From the sequence record NC_054926.1: a stretch of DNA of 64,000 bases; one strand, written 5' to 3'. Positions within the stretch are counted from its first letter, which is position 1, and every line of letters starts with the position of its first letter. Under the pieces are notes generated by a model. The model was not told where the DNA came from, made no database searches, and saw only the letters and a list, made by a program, of their open reading frames with translations. This document shows, piece by piece, positions 56,501 to 64,000 of this stretch. A program made the position numbers and the translations under genes. This DNA is from Escherichia phage vB_EcoM_OE5505.

Positions 56501-57424
56501 CGTTCTACTGTATTTGAAGTTAGTGATGAAACGTCTAGTCACTTTTATTCTCAGCGCAATAAAGCTGGTAATATAACATTTAATATCAATGGTACAGTAA
56601 CACCAATAAATGTGAATGCTTCAGGCACATTGAATGTGAATGGCGTAGCAACATTCGGCAGTTCGGTGACCGCACAGGGTGAATTTATAACCTATAGTGC
56701 AAACGCATTTAGAGCTATTAGTGGTAATTACGGATTCTTTATCAGGAATGGTGGCAGCATCACACATTTTATGCTCACTGAATCTGGCGACCAGACCGGT
56801 GGATTTAATGGATTACGTCCTTTATCTATTAATAATGCATCTGGTCAAGTAACGATTGGTGAAAGCTTAATCATTGCCAAAGGTGCTACTATAAGTTCAG
56901 GTGGTTTAACTGTCAACTCGAGAATTCGTTCTCAGGGTACTAAAACCTCTGATTTATATACTCGTGCGCCAACATCTGATACTGTAGGATTCTGGTCAAT
57001 CGATATTAATGATTCAGCCACTTATAACCAGTTCCCGGGTTATTTTAAGATGGTTGAAAAAACTAATGAAGTGACTGGGCTTCCATACTTAGAACGTGGC
57101 GAAGAAGTTAAATCTCCTGGTACATTGACTCAGTTTGGTAACACACTTGATTCGCTTTACCAAGATTGGATTACTTATCCAACTACCCCAGAAGCGCGCA
57201 CCACTCGCTGGACACGCACATGGCAGAAAACCAAAAACTCTTGGTCAAGTTTTGTTCAGGTATTTGATGGGGGTAACCCTCCTCAGCCGTCTGATATCGG
57301 TGCTTTACCATCTGATAATGCTATAATGGGGAATCTTACTATTCGTGATTTCTTACGAATTGGTAATGTTCGCATTATTCCTGACCCAGTGAATAAAACG
57401 GTTAAATTTGAATGGGTTGAATAA
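53555..57424 (+). CDS. 34: Long tail fibre proximal subunit gp34
   Basis: 1289-aa ORF, T4 gp34 length; internal repeated ITPKKL...ATE(T/S)...G...A motifs. Confidence 0.95.
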   Translation: MAEIKRKFRAEDGLDAGGDKIINVALADRTVGTDGVNVDYLIQENTVQQYDPTRGYLKDFVIIYNNRFWAATDNIPKPAGNFNRIRWKALRTDAVYTTVSSGPYQLKSGEAISVDTSVGNDIEFTLPPSPLDGETVIIQDIGGKPGINQVKINSSNQSIVNFRGEQVRSVLMTHPKSQMIFIFNNRLWQMYVADYSREAAIVTPSTAYQAQSNDFIVRRFTSAAPINVKLPRFANHGDIINFVDLDKLNPLYHTIVTTYDETTSVQEVGTHSIEGRTSIDGFLMFDYNEKLWRLFDGDSKARLRIITTNSNIRPNEEVMVFGANNGTTQTIELQLPTDISVGDNVKISMNYMRKGQTVKIKAAGEDKIASSVQLLQFPKRSEYPPEAEWVTVQELVFNGETNYVPVLQLAYIEDSDGKYWVVQQNVPTVERVDSLNNSTRARLGVIALATQAQANADLENSPQKELAITPETLANRTATETRRGIARIATTAQVNQNTTFSFADDLIITPKKLNERTATETRRGVAEIATQQETNTGTDDTTIITPKKLQARQGSESLSGIVTFVSTAGATPASSRELNGTNVYNKNTNNLVVSPKALDQYKATPTQQGAVILAVESEVIAGQSQEGWANAVVTPETLHKKTSTDGRIGLIEIATQSEVNTGTDYTRAVTPKTLNDRRATESLSGIAEIATQVEFDAGVDDTRISTPLKIKTRFNSTDRTSVVALSGLVESGTLWDHYTLNILEANETQRGTLRVATQVEAAAGTLDNVLITPKKLLGTKSTESQEGVIKVATQSETVTGTSANTAVSPKNLKWIVQSEPTWAATTAIRGFVKTSSGSITFVGNDTAGSTQDLELYEKNNYAVSPYELNRVLANYLPLKAKAVDSNLLDGLDSLQFIRRDIAQTVNGSLTLTQQTNLSAPLVSSSTATFGGSVSANSTLTISNTGTATRLIFEKGPQTGTNPAQTMTVRVWGNQFSGESDTTRSTVFEVSDETSSHFYSQRNKAGNITFNINGTVTPINVNASGTLNVNGVATFGSSVTAQGEFITYSANAFRAISGNYGFFIRNGGSITHFMLTESGDQTGGFNGLRPLSINNASGQVTIGESLIIAKGATISSGGLTVNSRIRSQGTKTSDLYTRAPTSDTVGFWSIDINDSATYNQFPGYFKMVEKTNEVTGLPYLERGEEVKSPGTLTQFGNTLDSLYQDWITYPTTPEARTTRWTRTWQKTKNSWSSFVQVFDGGNPPQPSDIGALPSDNAIMGNLTIRDFLRIGNVRIIPDPVNKTVKFEWVE

Positions 57425-57432
57425 GAGGTATT

Positions 57433-58548
57433 ATGGAAAAATTTATGGCAGAGTTTGGACAAGGATACGTCCAAACGCCATTTTTATCGGAAAGTAATTC
57501 AGTAAGATACAAAATAAGCATAGCGGGTTCTTGCCCGCTTTCTACTGCGGGGCCATATGTTAAATTTCAGGATAATCCCGTTGGAAATCAAACATTTAGT
57601 GCAGGTCTTCATTTAAGAGTTTTTGACCCTTCTACGGGAGCATTAGTTGATAGCAAGTCATATGCTTTTTCTGCTTCAAACAATACAACATCTGCCGCTT
57701 TTGTCAGTTTCATGAATTCTTTGTCAAACAATAGACTTGTTGCTATATTAACTAGCGGAAAGGTTAATTTTCCTCCTGAAGTGGTATCTTGGTTAAGGGG
57801 AGCAGGAACTTCAGTTTTTCCATCAGATTCAGTATTGTCAAGATTTGACGTATCATATGCTGCTTTTTATACTTCTTCTAAAAGAGCTATTGCATTAGAG
57901 CATGTTAAACTAAGTAATAGAAAAAGCACAGATGATTATCAAACTATTTTAGATGTTGTATTTGATAGTTTAGAAGACGTCGGAGCGACAGGATTTCCAA
58001 AAAGAACTTATGAAAGTGTAGAGCAATTCATGTCAGCAGTTGGTGGAACTAATAACGAAATTGCGCGATTGCCAACTTCAGCTGCTATAAGTAAACTTTC
58101 TGACTATAATTTAATTCCTGGTGATGTTCTTTATCTTAAAGCACAGTTATATGCTGATGCTGATTTACTTGATCTTGGAACTACAAACATATCCATTCGT
58201 TTTTATGATGCATCAAATGGATATATTTCCTCGACCCAAGCTGAGTTTACTGGGCAAGCTGGGTCTTGGGAATTAAAAGAAGACTATGTAGTTGTTCCAG
58301 AAAACGCCGTAGGATTTACGATATATGCACAAAGAACTGCTCAAGCAGGTCAAGGCGGCATGAGAAATTTAAGTTTTTCTGAAGTATCAAGAAATGGCGG
58401 CATTTCAAAACCTGCCGAATTTGGCGTCAACGGTATTCGCGTTAATTATGTCTGTGAATCGGCTTCACCTCCAGATATAATGGTACTTCCTACACAAGCC
58501 TCTTCTAAAACTGGCAAAGTGTTTGGGCAAGAATTTAGAGAAGTTTAA
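57433..58548 (+). CDS. 35: Long tail fibre hinge (knee) protein gp35
   Basis: 371-aa ORF; position after gene 34. Confidence 0.9.
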   Translation: MEKFMAEFGQGYVQTPFLSESNSVRYKISIAGSCPLSTAGPYVKFQDNPVGNQTFSAGLHLRVFDPSTGALVDSKSYAFSASNNTTSAAFVSFMNSLSNNRLVAILTSGKVNFPPEVVSWLRGAGTSVFPSDSVLSRFDVSYAAFYTSSKRAIALEHVKLSNRKSTDDYQTILDVVFDSLEDVGATGFPKRTYESVEQFMSAVGGTNNEIARLPTSAAISKLSDYNLIPGDVLYLKAQLYADADLLDLGTTNISIRFYDASNGYISSTQAEFTGQAGSWELKEDYVVVPENAVGFTIYAQRTAQAGQGGMRNLSFSEVSRNGGISKPAEFGVNGIRVNYVCESASPPDIMVLPTQASSKTGKVFGQEFREV

Positions 58549-58553
58549 ACTGA

Positions 58554-58580
58554 GGGAGCCTTCGGGTTCCCTTTTTCTTT
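58554..58580 (+). terminator. Hairpin/terminator after gene 35
   Basis: GGGAGCC-UUCG-GGUUCCC followed by TTTTTCTTT. Confidence 0.5.
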
Positions 58581-58587
58581 ATAAATA
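58580..58587 (+). promoter_or_regulatory. Late promoter core TATAAATA upstream of gene 36
   Basis: Exact TATAAATA about 25 nt upstream of the gene 36 ATG. Confidence 0.5.
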
Positions 58588-58610
58588 ATATTAAAATAAA
58601 GGGGCATATA

Positions 58611-59261
58611 ATGGCTGATTTAAAAGTAGGTTCAACTGTAGGTGGATCTGTCATTTGGCATCAAGGAAATTTTCCATTGAATTCAGCCGGTGACGATGTA
58701 CTCTACAAATCATTTAAAATATATTCAGAATATAATAAACCACAGGCAGCTGATAACGATTTCGTTTCTAAAGCTAATGGTGGTACTTACACCGGTCCAA
58801 TTACTATTAATTACGGGGTAAATAGTTATCTTCAATTAAGTAATAATGAAACCCCCATTCGAATTCGTTCTGGTGGCGGTACCGGTAATACTCTTGTAGT
58901 TGGCGGCTCTTCCGGCGGTATTAGTTTTAGACCTGCAGGTAGTGAAATCACTACTGGACAAATTACTATTACACCAGAAGGTTTGACAACATTTACCAGG
59001 GCTGTAACGGCTCCATCGATAACTGTTACATCTACTCCTTCCGCAGCATCTGATGTTACTCGTAAAGATTATGTTGATGGAGCAATAAATACTGTTACAG
59101 CAAATGCAAACTCTAGGGTATTACGCTCTGGAGACACTATGACAGGAAATTTAACTGCGCCAAACCTTTTTTCACAGAATCCTGCATCTCAACCTTCACA
59201 CGTTCCACGATTTGACCAAATCGTAATTAAGGATTCTGTTCAAGATTTCGGCTATTATTAA
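58611..59261 (+). CDS. 36: Long tail fibre distal connector gp36
   Basis: 216-aa ORF; N-terminus [23 protein letters not shown] typical of gp36. Confidence 0.9.
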   Translation: MADLKVGSTVGGSVIWHQGNFPLNSAGDDVLYKSFKIYSEYNKPQAADNDFVSKANGGTYTGPITINYGVNSYLQLSNNETPIRIRSGGGTGNTLVVGGSSGGISFRPAGSEITTGQITITPEGLTTFTRAVTAPSITVTSTPSAASDVTRKDYVDGAINTVTANANSRVLRSGDTMTGNLTAPNLFSQNPASQPSHVPRFDQIVIKDSVQDFGYY

Positions 59262-59269
59262 GAGGACTT

Positions 59270-62254
59270 ATGGCTACTTTAAAACAAATACAATTTAAAA
59301 GAAGCAAAACTGCAGGTCAACTTCCTGCTGCTTCAGTATTAGCCGAAGGTGAATTGGCTATTAATTTAAAAGATAAAACAATTTTCACAAAAGATGACTC
59401 AGGCAATGTTATAGAATTAGGTTTAAAATATGGAGGAACTATAAATGGATCTTTAGAGGTTACAGAAAATATAACTGGAACTTTAATTGGAAATTCTAGT
59501 ACAGCTACTAAATTGCAAACACCTAGGAAAATTAATGGTATATCTTTTGATGGATCAAAGGACATTACACTAACTCCATCTGATATAAATGTAAATAGTA
59601 CAACATTTATAAAAAATAATGGCGAATTACCTGTTGATGCTAATTTAGATGAGTATGGGCCTGTTGAAGAATATCTTGGTGTTTGGTCGAAAGCAACTTC
59701 AACCAACGCTCAACCAGCAAATAAATTTCCAGAAGAAAATGCTGTAGGTGTGCTAGAAGTATTTGTGGCCGGTCAATTTGCTGGTACTCAGAGATATACA
59801 ACTAGATACGGAAATGTTTATATTCGTTCCTTGACTGCTACATGGAACGGAGTAAATGGTCCGTGGAGTGTGTGGCGAAATATTCAATCCGGTACTCGTC
59901 CACTGTCAACAACAATTGATCTTAATGATCTAGGAGGCGCTGAACACTTTGGTTTGTGGCGAAATAGTTCAAATTCTATTGCTACCTTTGACAGAAATTT
60001 CCCAGAAGAGGGGTTGTCAGCTCAAGGACTTTTAGAAGTATATGAAGGTGGAAACTATTCTCGCACACAGAGATATACGACCAGATTTGGTGTTGTTTAT
60101 ACTCGCTGTCTTGCTGCTGCATGGGATGCATCTGCGCCTAATTGGGGACCGTGGCAACAAGTCGGTAATGTCACACCAGCGACTTTCTATGATGGAGATC
60201 TGAATGATTTTAAAACTCCTGGGTTATATAATATTTTAGGCACTGATGCCGTTATTAACTGTCCTACCGGTGAAGGTTTGCCGACTGTTATTGTTGGTTT
60301 GCTGGAAGTTAAACAGCGTGCTTCTGGTGGTGCTATTTTCCAAAAATTTACTACTGCCGGAACAGGTGCAACTACCCGCGATCGTATTTTTGAGCGTGCA
60401 TATACCGGCGGTGTTTGGGGTACATGGAACGAAGTATATACATCTTACTCTCTTCCAATTACTTTGGGTATGGGTGGTATTAAATCTAACTTAGCAGAGT
60501 TAGACTGGCAAACATTTGATTTTGTTCCTGGTAGTATGTTTAGCGTTCCTTTGAACAAAATAAAGAACATGCCAGCTAATATGGATTGGGGTACGATTGA
60601 CGGAAACTTAATTATGTTTTCTGTTGGTCCTAGCGAGCACACTAGCACAGGACGTACTGTTCAGGTTTGGCGTGGTACTGTATCCCAGACAAACTACCGT
60701 TATTTTGTCGTTCGTGTGTTCGGTAATTCTGGAAATAGAACTTGCACAGTCCGCCGTGTTGTTCTTGAAGATGGTCGCCACACATGGACAGCTCAACAAG
60801 ATTTTAATGGTGCTGTTAACTTCGGTGCTCCTACCAATTTTAACTCTACTGTTAACCTTAATAACACTACCACATTTAAAACAGAAGTTAAATTCCGCTC
60901 GTCGACTGCATTCCGTATGTATGGCGGAAAATTTGGTACATTTTTACGTAATGATGGAGAGAGTCTTTATATTCTTTCCACCGACGAAGATGATCAAGAT
61001 GGAAACTTTAATACAAATAGACCTTTCCGTTATGAATTAAGAACTGGTGATGTTACTTTAGGTGGTACTAGTGGTGCTAACGTTTTAATTTTAAAACGTG
61101 ATTCTCTCACCGCATTTTTTGGTGGTGATATTAACATGAAAGGCTTGATGACTTTTGACGCCGGACGTTTAGGATCACGAGATTATTTTAAATTTAACCA
61201 TTGGGGTGATAGCAATAACGCTCGTGATAACATTATTCAGTTAGAAGACAGCAAAGGCGCTCATTTTTCCACTGAACGTACTTTAGCGACTGGTGCAATT
61301 AAGACTAAATTTTTTGGTGAAATTGAATCCGATGGTAAATTGGTTATTAAACGTCCGGGTGATTCTATTGTATTATCAGCACCTGCTAGTAATTCTTTGC
61401 ATATTCGTGGTGACGTAGACGGGACTGGTAACTGGTATATTGGTAAGGGTGGTGATGATAATGGATTAGCGTTCTATAGTTATGCTACTAATGCTGGTGT
61501 ATACATTACAAACGCAGGGGATATCACGCTAAGTCCAAAAGGCGTCGAAATGGCTCAGGTCAATAACGTTCGATTATATGTTCATGGTGAACGTTGGACC
61601 GCTAGTCAACCAGGTGATTGGGGCAGTCAGTGGCAAGTGGAAGCGCCAATATTCGTCGATCATGGTTATGTTTCACAGGATTGTTATTATCCAATTATTA
61701 AAGGAAGAAGTGTAGTCACCAATCAAGGGTTTGTAACTGCCGTCGATCTTGGTATTCGTCGTGTCAATAACAATTGGGGACAAGCAATTATTCGTGTTGG
61801 ATCTGCGGAGGCATCGCCAGCGGCTGGACACCCTAACGCGGTATTTGAATTTCATTACGACGGTACTTTCTATTCTCCTGGTAATGGTAACTTTAACGAT
61901 GTGTATATTCGTTCCGATGGTCGTCTTAAGATTAATAAAAAAGAGCTAGAAAACGGAGCACTTGAAAAAGTATGCCGACTGAAAGTTTATATTTACGATA
62001 AGGTTAAGTCTATTAAAGATCGTAGTGTTATTAAACGTGAAGTTGGTATTATTGCTCAGGACCTTGAAAAGGAATTACCGGAAGCTGTATCTAAAGTTGA
62101 AGTTGATGGATCTGATGTTCTGACAATTTCTAACTCCGCTGTAAATGCTCTTTTAATTAAGGCTATCCAAGAAATGAGCGAAGAAATTAAAGAATTGAAA
62201 ACTCCTTTCTTTACTAAAATTACTCGCAAAATTAGTAAATATTTTAAATTCTAA
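59270..62254 (+). CDS. 37: Long tail fibre distal subunit gp37 (T2/T6-type C-terminus)
   Basis: 994-aa ORF (T4 gp37 is 1026 aa); conserved N-terminus; three internal roughly 60-aa repeats; the C-terminal ~120 aa look like the cleaved chaperone-like segment of T2-type fibres. Confidence 0.93.
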   Translation: MATLKQIQFKRSKTAGQLPAASVLAEGELAINLKDKTIFTKDDSGNVIELGLKYGGTINGSLEVTENITGTLIGNSSTATKLQTPRKINGISFDGSKDITLTPSDINVNSTTFIKNNGELPVDANLDEYGPVEEYLGVWSKATSTNAQPANKFPEENAVGVLEVFVAGQFAGTQRYTTRYGNVYIRSLTATWNGVNGPWSVWRNIQSGTRPLSTTIDLNDLGGAEHFGLWRNSSNSIATFDRNFPEEGLSAQGLLEVYEGGNYSRTQRYTTRFGVVYTRCLAAAWDASAPNWGPWQQVGNVTPATFYDGDLNDFKTPGLYNILGTDAVINCPTGEGLPTVIVGLLEVKQRASGGAIFQKFTTAGTGATTRDRIFERAYTGGVWGTWNEVYTSYSLPITLGMGGIKSNLAELDWQTFDFVPGSMFSVPLNKIKNMPANMDWGTIDGNLIMFSVGPSEHTSTGRTVQVWRGTVSQTNYRYFVVRVFGNSGNRTCTVRRVVLEDGRHTWTAQQDFNGAVNFGAPTNFNSTVNLNNTTTFKTEVKFRSSTAFRMYGGKFGTFLRNDGESLYILSTDEDDQDGNFNTNRPFRYELRTGDVTLGGTSGANVLILKRDSLTAFFGGDINMKGLMTFDAGRLGSRDYFKFNHWGDSNNARDNIIQLEDSKGAHFSTERTLATGAIKTKFFGEIESDGKLVIKRPGDSIVLSAPASNSLHIRGDVDGTGNWYIGKGGDDNGLAFYSYATNAGVYITNAGDITLSPKGVEMAQVNNVRLYVHGERWTASQPGDWGSQWQVEAPIFVDHGYVSQDCYYPIIKGRSVVTNQGFVTAVDLGIRRVNNNWGQAIIRVGSAEASPAAGHPNAVFEFHYDGTFYSPGNGNFNDVYIRSDGRLKINKKELENGALEKVCRLKVYIYDKVKSIKDRSVIKREVGIIAQDLEKELPEAVSKVEVDGSDVLTISNSAVNALLIKAIQEMSEEIKELKTPFFTKITRKISKYFKF

Positions 62255-62260
62255 CAACAA

Positions 62261-62277
62261 GGGGCAACGCCCCCTTT
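62261..62277 (+). other. Small hairpin between genes 37 and 38
   Basis: GGGGC-aac-GCCCC followed by CTTT, directly upstream of the gene 38 GGAG. Confidence 0.35.
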
Positions 62278-62288
62278 GGAGATAAATT

Positions 62289-63089
62289 ATGGCAGTAGTT
62301 GGTGTTCCTGGTTGGATTGGTAGTTCATCCGTAAATGAAACAGGACAACGATGGATGAGTCAAGCGGCTGGTCAATTAAGATTGGGTGTTCCTTGCTGGA
62401 TGAGCCAATTCGCCGGACGCTCAAAAGAGATTATTCATACCGTAACAGCAAACCACAATTTTAATGGTCAGTGGTTCCGTGATAGATGCTTTGAAGCTGG
62501 CGGTGCACCTATTGTATTCAATATTGTTGGTGATATCGTTTCTTATTCTAAAGATGTGCCACTTTTCTTTATGTATGGTGATACGCCTAATGAATATGTT
62601 GTTCTTAATATTCATGGTGGTGTTCATATGTGGGGTCGTGGTGGTAATGGTGGATACACTCACTCAGGAGGCGACGGTAACGGTACACAAGGCGGTCATG
62701 TTATTCAAAATGATATCGGTGGACGGCTTCGTATTTGGAACTACGGTGTTATAGCTGCTGGCGGTGGCGGCGGTGGTGGTATTGCATATCGTCCACACTC
62801 AGGGGCAAACTGGCAAGATATCGGTGGCGGTGGTGGTCGACCTTTCGGTGGCGGTGGTGGTGGCGGTTATTCCGGTGGTGCTGCTTCGTATGAAGGTCCG
62901 GGTGGTGGTTATGACTATGGTAACGCACACTCCGGCGCAGGTGGTAATGCTGGTGCTGCTGGTCAGAATGCATGGTATGACGGTGGTAAAGTTCTTAAAG
63001 TTGGTGTTGGTGGTGCGTCTGGTCATGCAGTGTTTGGGTCTTCTCCAACTTGGGGTGCTGTTGGAGCAATATATGGTCCAAGAGTATAA
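62289..63089 (+). CDS. 38: Tail fibre adhesin gp38, glycine-rich (T2/T6 type)
   Basis: 266-aa ORF with poly-glycine motifs ([22 protein letters not shown]) separated by short variable segments; unlike the 183-aa T4 gp38 assembly chaperone. Confidence 0.85.
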   Translation: MAVVGVPGWIGSSSVNETGQRWMSQAAGQLRLGVPCWMSQFAGRSKEIIHTVTANHNFNGQWFRDRCFEAGGAPIVFNIVGDIVSYSKDVPLFFMYGDTPNEYVVLNIHGGVHMWGRGGNGGYTHSGGDGNGTQGGHVIQNDIGGRLRIWNYGVIAAGGGGGGGIAYRPHSGANWQDIGGGGGRPFGGGGGGGYSGGAASYEGPGGGYDYGNAHSGAGGNAGAAGQNAWYDGGKVLKVGVGGASGHAVFGSSPTWGAVGAIYGPRV

Positions 63090-63119
63090 TTTGAATAAAT
63101 ATCCTTAAAAGGAGGGTCT

Positions 63120-63776
63120 ATGGCAGCACCTAGAATATCATTTTCGCCCTCTGATATTCTGTTGGGTGTTCTAGATCGCTTGTTCAAAGATAACGCTACC
63201 GGGAAGGTTCTTGCTTCCCGGGTAGCTGTCGTAATTCTTTTGTTTATAATGGCGATTGTTTGGTATAGGGGAGATAGTTTCTTTGAGTACTATAAGCAAT
63301 CAAAGTATGAAACATACAGTGAAATTATTGAAAAGGAAAGAAATGCACGCTTTGAATCTGTCGCCCTGGAACAACTCCAGATAGTTCATATATCATCTGA
63401 GGCAGACTTTAGTGCGGTGTATTCTTTCCGCCCTAAAAACTTAAACTATTTTGTTAATATTATAGCATATGAAGGAAGATTACCTTCAACAATAACTGAA
63501 AAATCACTTGGAGGATATCCTGTTGATAAAACTATGGATGAATATACAGTTCATTTAAATGGACGTCATTATTATTCCAACTCAAAATTTGCTTTTTTAC
63601 CAACTAAAAAGCCTACTCCCGAAATAAACTACATGTACAGTTGTCCATATTTTAATTTGGATAATATCTATGCTGGAACGATAACCATGTACTGGTATAG
63701 AAATGATCATATAAGTAATGACCGCCTTGAATCAATATGTGCTCAGGCGGCCAGAATATTAGGAAGGGCTAAATAA
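63120..63776 (+). CDS. t: Holin T
   Basis: 218-aa ORF, T4 T length; single N-terminal transmembrane helix and large periplasmic domain; sequence recognised. Confidence 0.95.
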   Translation: MAAPRISFSPSDILLGVLDRLFKDNATGKVLASRVAVVILLFIMAIVWYRGDSFFEYYKQSKYETYSEIIEKERNARFESVALEQLQIVHISSEADFSAVYSFRPKNLNYFVNIIAYEGRLPSTITEKSLGGYPVDKTMDEYTVHLNGRHYYSNSKFAFLPTKKPTPEINYMYSCPYFNLDNIYAGTITMYWYRNDHISNDRLESICAQAARILGRAK

Positions 63777-64000
63777 TTATTTGTTCGTATACATCTCTAA
63801 ATATCGATATACACTCTCAAAACCCTCGTTGAATTCGTCGATGAGGGTTTTCTTATCTTCTTGAGTTAATTCAGAAACAATTTTACGGAATGAATTCTGA
63901 TTTAACTTTCTACCTTCATGCGTTACTCCAATCTCATTCAGAAATGCAATAAAATTAGCACGATTTTCAACAATATCTTCTCTGGAAAATTTAATCAAAA
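63777..64000 (-). CDS. asiA: Anti-sigma-70 factor AsiA, partial (N-terminal part lies beyond the window end)
   Basis: The C-terminal 73 residues (...IKFSREDIVENRANFIAFLNEIGVTHEGRKLNQ...YLEMYTNK) match AsiA as remembered; the ORF runs off the window. Confidence 0.85.
   Translation of the reverse strand, partial: LIKFSREDIVENRANFIAFLNEIGVTHEGRKLNQNSFRKIVSELTQEDKKTLIDEFNEGFESVYRYLEMYTNK

Noticed and set aside
62421-63108. Several overlapping His-rich, Thr-rich and Val-rich ORFs on both strands inside gene 38
   Set aside because: Frame artefacts of the GGT/GGC glycine-codon runs of gp38; low-complexity translations, no start context.

Overview
This window is a contiguous piece of a T-even (T4-like, Tequatrovirus-type) myovirus genome, running from inside gene 17 (terminase large subunit) to the 3' end of asiA. 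Gene content and order are collinear with phage T4 as I remember it. Plus strand, late genes: 17(partial)-18-19-20-67-68-21-22-23-24, then uvsW, 51-27-28-29-48-54, and the tail fibre block 34-35-36-37-38-t. Minus strand, early/middle genes: rnlB, hoc, inh, uvsY, 25-26, two alt-family genes, 30 (DNA ligase) with a string of small ORFs, rIII, 31, cd, pseT, a spanin-like pair, alc, rnlA, denA, nrdB, nrdA, td, frd, 32, 59, 33, dsbA, rnh and asiA (partial). Most calls rest on protein sequences I recognise from T4; nothing was searched against a database. The phage is not T4 itself: there is no ORF at the 23/24 or inh/uvsW junctions (segD/segE positions), td and nrdB are uninterrupted (no group I introns), gp37 is 994 aa, and gp38 is a 266-aa glycine-rich T2/T6-type adhesin. 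I did not find a clearly novel multi-gene system. The features most worth follow-up are: hoc broken by a single in-frame TAA; two full-length Alt-family ADP-ribosyltransferase genes in tandem; an extra ORF between frd and td; an uncharacterised, possibly Seg-like ORF between 32 and 59; a 287-bp non-coding stretch between rIII and the next ORF; a 38-bp promoter/leader sequence present twice; and a hairpin-split ribosome binding site at the nrdB/denA junction. The ORF track uses TTG/GTG starts in places; where an internal ATG with a Shine-Dalgarno sequence reproduces the T4 protein length I used that start.
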